DNA of 45,107 nucleotides, from the IMG/VR virus record IMGVR_UViG_3300030376_006335, positions 1-45,107 of that record; one strand, given 5' to 3'. The notes beneath the pieces were generated by a model. It was not told where the DNA came from, searched no databases, and saw only the letters and a program-made list of their open reading frames with translations. Positions 28,670-37,155 of this stretch are shown piece by piece. Every line of letters begins with the position of its first letter. Position 1 is the first letter of the stretch. The DNA is from a virus. Lineage: Duplodnaviria > Caudoviricetes. A program made the position numbers and the translations under genes.

Positions 28670-29717
28670 TGTTTTCTCTTTTAAATTCTGGTACAATACT
28701 TTTCATTAGTAGAAGTATTTTATAAAAGTCATTAGACCTTATCTTCGATAACTTTTCTATTTTAGGAATAAGAGTTTTAAAATCATAATTAATATGATTA
28801 AGTTTCATTATGTTATGATCTTCTGTAGGTACCATATTTTCACCATCACATAATAACTCTTCATATAATTTTTCACCTGGCCTTAATCCTATGTATTCAA
28901 TTCTAGCTTTACTCTTAAAATGTTTTATAAGATTTTTTGCTAAATCATTTATACTTACAGGCTCACCCATATCAAACAAAAAGACTTCACCACCATTTCC
29001 TAAAACGCCGGCTTGCAAAACTAATTGGCATGCCTCTGGTATTGTCATAAAATATCTAATAACTTCTTTATGTGTAACACTTACTGGACCGCCTCTTTCA
29101 ATTTGTTTTATAAATGTAGGAATGACCGAACCTTCGGATCCTAAAACATTACCAAATCTTGTAACTATAAATTTTGTAGCAGATTTTGTTTCTAAAAATT
29201 GAGTATAGAGTTCTGCTATTCTTTTAGTAGCTCCCATTATATTTGTTGGGTTAACTGCCTTATCAGTAGAAACCATTATAAATTTTTCTACTTCATTCAT
29301 ATATGCAATATTAGAAACATTCATAGTTCCTAATACATTTGTTTTTATTGCTTCTATAGGATTAGATTCCATCATTGGTACATGTTTATATGCAGCTGCA
29401 TGAAACACTACATTAGGTTTAAATGAATCAAATACCTCCTCTAACCTATACTTATCTCTTACATCACCTATTACATATTTAATATGAGCTTTAGGATAGG
29501 TTCTACTTATTTCCTGTTCTAAATGAAACATAGAAGCTTCAGCATTATCAAATACAGTTACAGTAGATGCACCAAATTTTACAAGCTGCCTTACTATTTC
29601 ACTACCAATAGAACCTGCGCCGCCAGTTACAAGTATTCTTTTTCCTTCTATGTAATCTTGGATTGTAGTAAGATCTGTGGATATAGGATCTCTACCAAGT
29701 AATTTGTTATAGTCCAA
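28662..29717 (-). CDS. pglF: UDP-GlcNAc 4,6-dehydratase (PglF/CapD catalytic domain, no membrane anchor)
   Basis: LLGRDP, TGGAGSIGSEI, HAAAYKHVP, STDKAVNPTNIMGATK, RFGNVLGS, RYFMTIPEA, GLRPGEKLYEEL. Confidence 0.9.
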   Translation of the reverse strand: MDYNKLLGRDPISTDLTTIQDYIEGKRILVTGGAGSIGSEIVRQLVKFGASTVTVFDNAEASMFHLEQEISRTYPKAHIKYVIGDVRDKYRLEEVFDSFKPNVVFHAAAYKHVPMMESNPIEAIKTNVLGTMNVSNIAYMNEVEKFIMVSTDKAVNPTNIMGATKRIAELYTQFLETKSATKFIVTRFGNVLGSEGSVIPTFIKQIERGGPVSVTHKEVIRYFMTIPEACQLVLQAGVLGNGGEVFLFDMGEPVSINDLAKNLIKHFKSKARIEYIGLRPGEKLYEELLCDGENMVPTEDHNIMKLNHINYDFKTLIPKIEKLSKIRSNDFYKILLLMKSIVPEFKRENND

Positions 29718-30192
29718 AATCCTTAAACTTTAAAATGTTTTCTTTATTTTCTAATAAACCTTTTCCAACTAAATTATTAATTACTACTTGTTGAGATTTC
29801 ATAACTCTTTTCATTGCTTCTTTATAATCAATAAAACCAGCCCAATCCACTTCTTCTACTTGTAATTGTTTTTTAGGAATTCTTAAGTCTTTTAATCCTA
29901 TTTGTGAAAGGTCATCTACATTAACTATAAAATAGTATACGATCTTTGTATATTTATATTTTCTTGTAGTTAGTGTAAATGTATGTTCAGTTTTATCAAT
30001 AAGATTTTTTGGTACTTTTATACCTACTTCTTCTTTAGTCTCTCTGATAGCAGCATCTAATTTAGATTCACCTTTTTCAATACCACCTTTAGGAATTCCA
30101 TAAGAACCATACCATCCTCTATTAGTTGTATGAGCCAATAAAACTTTATTGTCATATATGATTGCTAATCCTGCTGAAATTTTAGTTTTCAT
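29707..30192 (-). CDS. Nudix hydrolase
   Basis: Nudix box GGIEKGESKLDAAIRETKEEVGI. Confidence 0.92.
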   Translation of the reverse strand: MKTKISAGLAIIYDNKVLLAHTTNRGWYGSYGIPKGGIEKGESKLDAAIRETKEEVGIKVPKNLIDKTEHTFTLTTRKYKYTKIVYYFIVNVDDLSQIGLKDLRIPKKQLQVEEVDWAGFIDYKEAMKRVMKSQQVVINNLVGKGLLENKENILKFKDFGL

Positions 30193-30935
30193 ATATTATT
30201 TATTTGAGCCACTAACCAATCTAATTCTACTTGGCTACCAGAATCAGAAATGGCATTATCCGGGTCTGGGTGGGTTTCAATAAATACACCATCATATTCA
30301 AAAATCTTAGCAGCTTTAGCATATTGCTTTGCTAATTTGCGACTACCTCCAGTTATACCATCTCCAGCCATTTGTGTAGAATGTGTACAATCTAAAATAA
30401 CTTTATCTGCAAATTTTTTCATTACATCAACTCCTCTAAAATCTACAATAAGTCTGTCATAACCAAAATTAGATCCTCTTTCAGTTACCCATACTTCACA
30501 ATTAGGATCTACTTCTTTTATCTTAGTAACTGCATGTTCCATTGCCTCAGCTGATAACCATTGCCCTTTCTTTATATTAATAACATTAAAGTTTTTAGCA
30601 CATTCAACTAAAAGATCAGTTTGTCTACATAAGAATGCTGGTATCTGAATAACATCTACGACTTCAGAAAGTGGTAATGCTTGATTAGGTTCATGAATAT
30701 CTGTTATGATTTTAATATCAGGATAGTAATGTTTAACAGTTCTCATAATTTCCATTCCTTCTTCCAGCCCTGGGCCTCTATCAGAATGTATAGAAGTTCT
30801 ATTAGCTTTATCAAAAGATCCTTTTAAATACCATTGCTTGGTTCCCATCCATGCATCTAAGGCTTTAGCTACTTCTAAAAAATTCTCCTCGCTTTCAATA
30901 CTACAAGGACCTAATATGTAAGTGTATTTTCCCAT
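30189..30935 (-). CDS. kdsA: 3-deoxy-D-manno-octulosonate 8-phosphate (KDO8P) synthase
   Basis: GPCSIES, SFDKANRTS, QIPAFLCRQTDLL, IKKGQ, ERG..FGY, DCTHS, ETHPDP..A.SD. Confidence 0.93.
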   Translation of the reverse strand: MGKYTYILGPCSIESEENFLEVAKALDAWMGTKQWYLKGSFDKANRTSIHSDRGPGLEEGMEIMRTVKHYYPDIKIITDIHEPNQALPLSEVVDVIQIPAFLCRQTDLLVECAKNFNVINIKKGQWLSAEAMEHAVTKIKEVDPNCEVWVTERGSNFGYDRLIVDFRGVDVMKKFADKVILDCTHSTQMAGDGITGGSRKLAKQYAKAAKIFEYDGVFIETHPDPDNAISDSGSQVELDWLVAQINNI

Positions 30936-32710
30936 TATCCATCACAGCTTAAACATTCCTCCATTGCAGCTTTTGCAATATCACCTCTTAATACAGATTC
31001 AGTTCTCATATAATAAAGAGTTTTAATTCCTTGCTTCCATGCCTCCAAGTGAACTTGATTAATCCATTTTGGAGAAGCTTCTTTAGGAAATGCTAAATTT
31101 AAAGATACTGCTTGGTCAACATATTGTTGTCTAACTCCTGCTTGTCTAACTAAATCTAATTGATTAATTTCTTTAAATGTTTTAAACACATCTTTAAAAG
31201 GAACTCCTTCTTCATGTTCTTTTAAACTTTTACATTTAACAAGTATACCTTTTAAGAAACACCAATCATCTAAAAATTTAAGACCTTGTACAGATCCACC
31301 ATCTGCCATAATTTTATCCCAAACCTTTTTATTATTGTGGCCCATTTTTTCTAAATAACCTTCTAATTGTTGATTCTTTCTAATGAATGTCCCTTTAGCA
31401 GATTGATCGGTCCAAATATTTGCAGGTACTGGTTCTATACCGGCTGATATACCTCCAGCTAATTTAGAATTAGAAACTGTTGGAGCTACTGCCCTCAGGT
31501 GAGTATTTCTAAAACCTGTATCTCTACACCACAGAGGTTCTCCGTATTCTTCAGCAAGATCTCGGCTTGCTCTTTCACTTTCTATTTTAATTTGAGAAAA
31601 TATATTACGAGTTTCATATTGAGCTTCTAACCCTTCAAATGCAATACCTCTTTGTTGTAAATAAGTATGCCATCCTAATACACCTAAACCTAATGCTCTA
31701 CCTTTTTCAGCAGATCTTACAGAGTTTTCAAAACCTTTTCTGTATTTTGCTTTTTGTAAGAATTCTTCTAATACTCCATCTAGGAACCATATAGAATCAT
31801 AGATTAAATTTGTATTTTTCCATTCATCATATTTTGAAAGATTAAGAGAACTTAAACAACAAACAAAAGAATGGTTTTCATCGGTATGTAAAACTATTTC
31901 TGAACATATATTTGTCATAAAAACTTTTAGACCATTTCTTTTATATGCTTCAGGGTTTTGTTTATTAACATTTCCTCTATACATTATATAAGGTTGGCCA
32001 GTCTGTCTTCTTTTTCTTTGAACTGCTGCATATCTTTTTCTTGCCTCAACATCACCTTCCATAACACTTCTCATAAACTTATCACCTACAATAACACATT
32101 GGTTAGTATTTAAACATTGTCTATTAATATCACCTTTAGGTTCTCTGATTTCTAACCATTCCCAAAAATCATCATGCTCAATACTTAAGTTTGTACTTGC
32201 AGCTCCTCTCCTTACTGCGCCTTGATTAGTAGCAAGAATAGTAGAATCATTAATTTTAATAAAAGGTACTACACCATCACTTGTACCATTATCCGTTATA
32301 GTGGCTCCGGCTGGTCTAATTTGATTATGGCATACACCTACACCACCACCATGTTTAGCTAAAAGCATCAATTCCAGATTCTTTTGGCCTATATCATTTA
32401 TAGAGTCTGCTACATCAATACCAAAACAACTAATAGGTAAACCTCTTTCGGTTCCAGTATTGCTTAATACAGGTGAGGCTAGATTAAGCCATCCCTTCCA
32501 TACATACTTCATAAACTTATCTGCCATTTCAGGTTTTTTCAACCTATTTGCAACTGTAGTGGCTACTCTCCAATATGCATCCTTTGGAGTTTCTCCAGGT
32601 AAACAATACCCTCTTGATATTGTATTTAAATAAACATCAGTATGACCCCATTCTGGATAATCAACACCTCGTTCCCAACCTAATTCTTTTTCTATTTGAT
32701 CTGCTGTCAT
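30935..32710 (-). CDS. nrdA: Class I ribonucleotide reductase alpha subunit (short, no ATP cone)
   Basis: PISCF, TNICSEI, VCCLSSLNL, APTVSNS, KTLYY, C-terminal CLSCDG. Confidence 0.95.
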   Translation of the reverse strand: MTADQIEKELGWERGVDYPEWGHTDVYLNTISRGYCLPGETPKDAYWRVATTVANRLKKPEMADKFMKYVWKGWLNLASPVLSNTGTERGLPISCFGIDVADSINDIGQKNLELMLLAKHGGGVGVCHNQIRPAGATITDNGTSDGVVPFIKINDSTILATNQGAVRRGAASTNLSIEHDDFWEWLEIREPKGDINRQCLNTNQCVIVGDKFMRSVMEGDVEARKRYAAVQRKRRQTGQPYIMYRGNVNKQNPEAYKRNGLKVFMTNICSEIVLHTDENHSFVCCLSSLNLSKYDEWKNTNLIYDSIWFLDGVLEEFLQKAKYRKGFENSVRSAEKGRALGLGVLGWHTYLQQRGIAFEGLEAQYETRNIFSQIKIESERASRDLAEEYGEPLWCRDTGFRNTHLRAVAPTVSNSKLAGGISAGIEPVPANIWTDQSAKGTFIRKNQQLEGYLEKMGHNNKKVWDKIMADGGSVQGLKFLDDWCFLKGILVKCKSLKEHEEGVPFKDVFKTFKEINQLDLVRQAGVRQQYVDQAVSLNLAFPKEASPKWINQVHLEAWKQGIKTLYYMRTESVLRGDIAKAAMEECLSCDG

Positions 32711-32728
32711 TTTTTTATTTTTTAATTA

Positions 32729-33727
32729 TTACCAAATATCATCCCAGTTATCTCCTTCACCTGCCTTTGCATAATCAGTTGGCCTAATTGCAAAAAAGTC
32801 AGTATGAGTATGTCCACCTGTTAAATGATAAAACCAATCTAAAGCATCAGCAGATTTTTCATCATATTCAAATATTGGATCTAATCCTAATTCTTCTAAT
32901 TTTTCGTTTGTTCTTCTATAAATAAAATTCTTTAAGTCATATGCTTTTAAGTTTTCAATATCACCCATTTCAAAAATCTTATCAATATAATTATGTTCCA
33001 TATCTACAATAAGCTTAGCAGCTTCATAGATTGAATCTTTAACTGAATCTCTTAACTCTTTATCCTCATCACACATATGATTAAATAATCTACATCCCAT
33101 TTTGCTATGGAGAGATTCATCTCTTACAGACCATTTCATTTGTTGACCAATTCCTTTTAAAAGATTTCTCATTTGAAAACTATATAAAACTGCGAAAGAA
33201 CTGTAAAGAGAAACACCTTCAGCAAATGCAGAGAATATTGCAAGACTTCGAGCAACTTCTTTTCGTGAATCTCCAACATTAGCTAATAAATCTTTATCAG
33301 TATAATCAGCATTAGTAGACATTAAGAAGTCAAACTTGTCTGCCATTGAAGGCTCATGTAAGAATGCAGCAAAATCTTCAAGACCTAGAGTTTCATTAAG
33401 GTAAGAATATGCAACAGCATGAATTGTTTCTTGTGATCCAAACATCATTGCCATTTGTCTGATTTCATGTTTAGGAAACCATTTAGTAACCATCCCAGTC
33501 CAATAATCAGATACTGCACATTCAGTTTGAGCAAATCCTAAAAGAATATTTCCTACCAAATTCTTTTCATGCGGTTTAAGATTTTCATTCCAATCTTTAA
33601 CATCACCTTGCATTGAGATTTCAGTATGTAACCAAAATGCTTGTGCTTGTGGTAACCATCCATCTAAATAATACTCAGGATATTCAAAAGGTTTATATTC
33701 TATACGCTCTGTGAAAAGTTTGCTCAT
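32729..33727 (-). CDS. nrdB: Class Ia ribonucleotide reductase beta subunit
   Basis: YKPFEYP, ETIHAVAYSYL, EGVSLYSSF, RDESLH, DFFAIRPTDY. Confidence 0.95.
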   Translation of the reverse strand: MSKLFTERIEYKPFEYPEYYLDGWLPQAQAFWLHTEISMQGDVKDWNENLKPHEKNLVGNILLGFAQTECAVSDYWTGMVTKWFPKHEIRQMAMMFGSQETIHAVAYSYLNETLGLEDFAAFLHEPSMADKFDFLMSTNADYTDKDLLANVGDSRKEVARSLAIFSAFAEGVSLYSSFAVLYSFQMRNLLKGIGQQMKWSVRDESLHSKMGCRLFNHMCDEDKELRDSVKDSIYEAAKLIVDMEHNYIDKIFEMGDIENLKAYDLKNFIYRRTNEKLEELGLDPIFEYDEKSADALDWFYHLTGGHTHTDFFAIRPTDYAKAGEGDNWDDIW

Positions 33728-33752
33728 GATTTAATTTTTATTTTTGACAAAA

Positions 33753-33777
33753 CATGCAATACATTAGGCATTGCATG
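33753..33777 (-). terminator. Hairpin/terminator between polymerase-N and nrdB
   Basis: CATGCAATGC-CTAAT-GTATTGCATG-TTTT on the minus strand. Confidence 0.6.
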
Positions 33778-33832
33778 GTTTTAATTAATTGATTGTTTTT
33801 TATTTATTCTACTTCCTTTTCAGATTAATACT

Positions 33833-35242
33833 CTATTCTGATTTTTTTAATTCCTGCTCCAAATCATATGCTTTTTGTTGAAGCCTAAATGATTCTTTTT
33901 TATACTCTCTTCTTTGATCATATAATCTACTTAATACATCTTTAAGAATTGATCTTTCTGTACTATATACAGCACCTGTAACCGATACGATTCTATCATC
34001 TCCGACCTCTCTTTCTCTAATTTCTGGTTTTACTTTTCTAATAAAACTTTCTGGTGATACATTTAATTGTCTCATTATAGAAGGATATAGAGAAGCAAAA
34101 TCAAATGCAGCTACTGCATTATGCATACCGGTAATAGGTTCTTTTACAAAAGCTCCTTCAAATTGTTGTCTTTTTGTAGGTGGTGCCTTTGGATCTTTTG
34201 CCATTACTAAATTTCTAGTTAAAAATTCTCTAGCTAATAATGCTTCAGTAATTGCTACAGGTGATGCTGCTTTGAAAATACTAATTTGAGTCATATGAGC
34301 AATAGTTAAAGCAATTTCCATTGTTTTAATTTTCTCATGTATTAAATAAACTAAAGCAGTATCAATAGCATTATAAAAAATGTATTTAGGATAATCTTTT
34401 TCATACATATCTTGGATAGTACCTTCATATTTAACTTTACGAATACCTACAACCGCTTCACCTACTGTATCTAATTTAAAATCTTCTTTAATATCAACAG
34501 TCCTATCCCACTTTGCATAAATATCTAAATAATCCATTACACCTACATGACAAGGAAATTCATGTTTACCAAACGTTCTTCCGATAGGAGAAGCTATAGA
34601 AGGATCAATTCCTAATTTCTTACAACGGTTTACAATATATTGCCAGTCAAATTGAACATAGTTCCAACCTGTCATCATAGAAAACTTTTTAACAAAAGAA
34701 TCCATAAAAGTATATAACATATCATACTCATTGTCAAAGCATTTAAAGATAAATGAAAACTCTTCACCTATTTCTTTAAAATGATCATCTATTTGTTTTT
34801 GTATTTTGGATTGTGTTTGTTTATCTAAATTTTTAGTAGCTAAAATTATACACTGTTTCTCTGGAGTAACTATACATATTGCAGTTACAGGATTAGGAGC
34901 TTTACTTGGTTCAGGAAATGAATCAGTTACCTCAACTTCAATATCAATAAAATATGTTTTTGGAAAATGATAACCGAATATAAGTTCTCTATCTGAAAAA
35001 GATAGTTGATCCATATATTCAATAATTCTATACTTATTTAAAAATCTTGATCTTGCTTTCTTTACAGAGCGGCCATCCCAGTTTTTCATTTTAGGATCTG
35101 CCTTAGGATCACCTGCATCACATACCTCCCAGTTGAACATATCCTCTGGTTGAAGATCATAAGTTTTAAATCTGGTTTTTCCGTCAAGATTAAAATAAGA
35201 AACCCATAATTGGCGATCTTCTTGAGTTATGTCTAATAGCAT
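33833..35242 (-). CDS. gp43: Family-B DNA polymerase, N-terminal subunit (3'-5' exonuclease + palm motif A; gp43A-like)
   Basis: Exo I DIEV, Exo II GWN...FD..YI, Exo III YNAID, EGAFV, motif A DFASLYPSI, ends in the fingers helix RREYKK. Confidence 0.93.
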   Translation of the reverse strand: MLLDITQEDRQLWVSYFNLDGKTRFKTYDLQPEDMFNWEVCDAGDPKADPKMKNWDGRSVKKARSRFLNKYRIIEYMDQLSFSDRELIFGYHFPKTYFIDIEVEVTDSFPEPSKAPNPVTAICIVTPEKQCIILATKNLDKQTQSKIQKQIDDHFKEIGEEFSFIFKCFDNEYDMLYTFMDSFVKKFSMMTGWNYVQFDWQYIVNRCKKLGIDPSIASPIGRTFGKHEFPCHVGVMDYLDIYAKWDRTVDIKEDFKLDTVGEAVVGIRKVKYEGTIQDMYEKDYPKYIFYNAIDTALVYLIHEKIKTMEIALTIAHMTQISIFKAASPVAITEALLAREFLTRNLVMAKDPKAPPTKRQQFEGAFVKEPITGMHNAVAAFDFASLYPSIMRQLNVSPESFIRKVKPEIREREVGDDRIVSVTGAVYSTERSILKDVLSRLYDQRREYKKESFRLQQKAYDLEQELKKSE

Positions 35243-35252
35243 ATTTTATTTT

Positions 35253-35278
35253 TTATAGGTACTGATTAATAATTGTTT
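35253..35278 (-). promoter_or_regulatory. AAAC-N17-TATAA promoter for polymerase-N
   Basis: AAAC AATTATTAATCAGTACC TATAAAAAATAAA. Confidence 0.7.
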
Positions 35279-35760
35279 TCTTGTCTGTTCCAATTCTCTT
35301 CATTCTTTGAAAGATAGTAATTGTAAAATTCTTGTGGTGTTACACCGATTGCTAAACCTGCATTAAAAACAAAATGCATTACATCTATCCATTCCATTTT
35401 CAATTCTTTTAAATCACCTGGAGTTAAATCAGAAAGTTTTTGTTTTCTGATTTCAGGGTTTTTAGATTTCCAAGGTTTCCATGCAGCATTACCTTCACCG
35501 TCTTCGATTCCTCCAACAGCATCTACCATTTCATGTAGTTCATCAATGATTGCATGATTAGTAACCATTAAAAAATCTATAACATCACCTATAGTGAACT
35601 CTGAGAAAGGTTTTCTACCTTGCCTTTCAAAGTACATATTTTGAGTCTTAGCTTGTAGAGAATAAAGTTCTTCTAATGAATTGACTTTAACATCATATTC
35701 TTTCTCTTTCCAATAATCTCTAACATCGAGATCTTTACATTTGTTATCAGTGTTTGCCAT
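35266..35760 (-). CDS. Dimeric all-alpha dCTPase/dUTPase (T4 gp56-like)
   Basis: DELHEM, WKPWK, E.IDVMHF, KN.EN..RQ...Y. Confidence 0.85.
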   Translation of the reverse strand: MANTDNKCKDLDVRDYWKEKEYDVKVNSLEELYSLQAKTQNMYFERQGRKPFSEFTIGDVIDFLMVTNHAIIDELHEMVDAVGGIEDGEGNAAWKPWKSKNPEIRKQKLSDLTPGDLKELKMEWIDVMHFVFNAGLAIGVTPQEFYNYYLSKNEENWNRQENNY

Positions 35761-35778
35761 ACAAATTTTGATTTATTT

Positions 35779-35805
35779 TTATATAGCTTAAATGTAAGAT
35801 TGTTT
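35779..35805 (-). promoter_or_regulatory. AAAC-N18-TATAA promoter
   Basis: AAAC AATCTTACATTTAAGCTA TATAAAAATAAA. Confidence 0.7.
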
Positions 35806-36638
35806 TATTTTTCTTTTTGTTGTTTTAGTACTTCTTCTAGCATACCAATACTCCACTTAGGATCAAACCAAAACCTTCTACCGTTCTTATCCTTTATATA
35901 TGCCATGTTCTTATTGTTATAGCACTTAATGAATTTCTCAAACTTTTCTTTATCTGATTTCCAAGGATTCTCCCAGTCCTTTAATTGACCTCCACCTAAT
36001 GAATATGCCTTTCTAGGTATTTCAGTACATAGCTCCAATAAACGAGGGCAGTTATCTATAACTTCTCTAGCTGGTAAAAAAGGATCAACATTAGGAAGTC
36101 TATAAAGTATTTCAGCTCTTAAGTAATTACCAATACCATTAAAGTATTTTTGATTCATAAGAATTAAATGAATAGGTTGATCAAAAACCTTATGGTCTAA
36201 GTTTTTAAGAATGTTATATTTAAATTCATCTGGTTCCATTGTAGGATCTGGGCCACGATTAGTACCCCAAGTTTCTCCTAATTTCCATTTACCAAATCGC
36301 CTTACATCAACAAAGGATAAAGTAGTACCATCATGTCTATAAAATTTTAGATGAGCATGTTTTGGTTCTTGTCCAGTATTTGTTAATTTAAAATGACCAC
36401 TCATTCCCATAGTCATTTTAAGAGGTACCCTTTCTTCTTGTTGAGATAACCATAAGATAAGTTCCTTTCCTCTACTCTCGGCTGTGATTCCGAAGTCACC
36501 TTCAAAAGGAAGTTCAATATCCTTTCCTTTATGTACTGGATTTTTCTTAATGTTAGTATATCTTATAGTCGGAGCCCCACTCCCACTACACTCATTTATA
36601 TAAGCTGCTGTTAATCTAAGTTCTGCTAATTCTGGCAT
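35805..36638 (-). CDS. Fpg/Nei-family DNA glycosylase/AP lyase, NEIL1-like (zincless finger)
   Basis: N-terminal PE catalytic motif, RGKE, GMSG, FVD.RRFG, H2TH FNGIGNYLRAEILY, C-terminal D.NGR.FWF without zinc-finger cysteines. Confidence 0.9.
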   Translation of the reverse strand: MPELAELRLTAAYINECSGSGAPTIRYTNIKKNPVHKGKDIELPFEGDFGITAESRGKELILWLSQQEERVPLKMTMGMSGHFKLTNTGQEPKHAHLKFYRHDGTTLSFVDVRRFGKWKLGETWGTNRGPDPTMEPDEFKYNILKNLDHKVFDQPIHLILMNQKYFNGIGNYLRAEILYRLPNVDPFLPAREVIDNCPRLLELCTEIPRKAYSLGGGQLKDWENPWKSDKEKFEKFIKCYNNKNMAYIKDKNGRRFWFDPKWSIGMLEEVLKQQKEK

Positions 36639-36641
36639 AGT

Positions 36642-37154
36642 TTAATAATTATATCCTTTAATAAAAATGTTAAGATTAGTTAATTCTTTAGGAGTTCTTT
36701 CTCCACTTCGGTTAACTCCATCTAATACTTTTTGTTCTGTTTTAAGTATCCAAGCTATTTTAAAATTGTTTACAAGTATAGCGTAAATTGTTCTTATAGA
36801 AGTATCCTCTAAATCATAAAGCTTTTTTGCTATTTGAGATATAGGTACAATATGTTCTAAATGAAAAACTCCGTCTATCCGACCTGAATCTTTTAAACCT
36901 GTCTTATTTGTTTGCTGTCTCCATGTAACCCATTTTAGTTTTTCTTCAGCATCAGGAATTTCTAATCTTTGCGCCTTTTGTAAAGCGGCTCGGGAATACA
37001 TATAAGGGATTCCTAATTCTTTAGGTGTATTACTATAAAACCTTAAAAGTCTTGTTACAGTATACTTAACATCTTTATCATCAGGATTTTCTTTAATCCA
37101 TTCTAAAAGAGGTCTTAATGTTTTTGCGTATAATTTTATTTTTTCTATCATCAT
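36642..37154 (-). CDS. Hypothetical protein with an HNH-like EHIVP motif
   Basis: FHLEHIVPISQI resembles the His-Me finger DH..P motif; the rest is unrecognised. Confidence 0.45.
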   Translation of the reverse strand: MMIEKIKLYAKTLRPLLEWIKENPDDKDVKYTVTRLLRFYSNTPKELGIPYMYSRAALQKAQRLEIPDAEEKLKWVTWRQQTNKTGLKDSGRIDGVFHLEHIVPISQIAKKLYDLEDTSIRTIYAILVNNFKIAWILKTEQKVLDGVNRSGERTPKELTNLNIFIKGYNY

Positions 37155-37155
37155 A

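Noticed and set aside
21508-30935. Bacterial LPS/capsule locus (host contamination or chimeric assembly)
   Set aside because: Same strand, composition and phage promoter motifs as the flanking phage genes, interleaved with phage nrd/pol genes, and lacking flippase, polymerase or initiating transferase
17299-35242. Split intein or intron joining the polymerase halves
   Set aside because: No Cys/Ser-initiated intein N-fragment after the N-half, no His-Asn intein C-terminus before motif B, and no intron-like intergenic space
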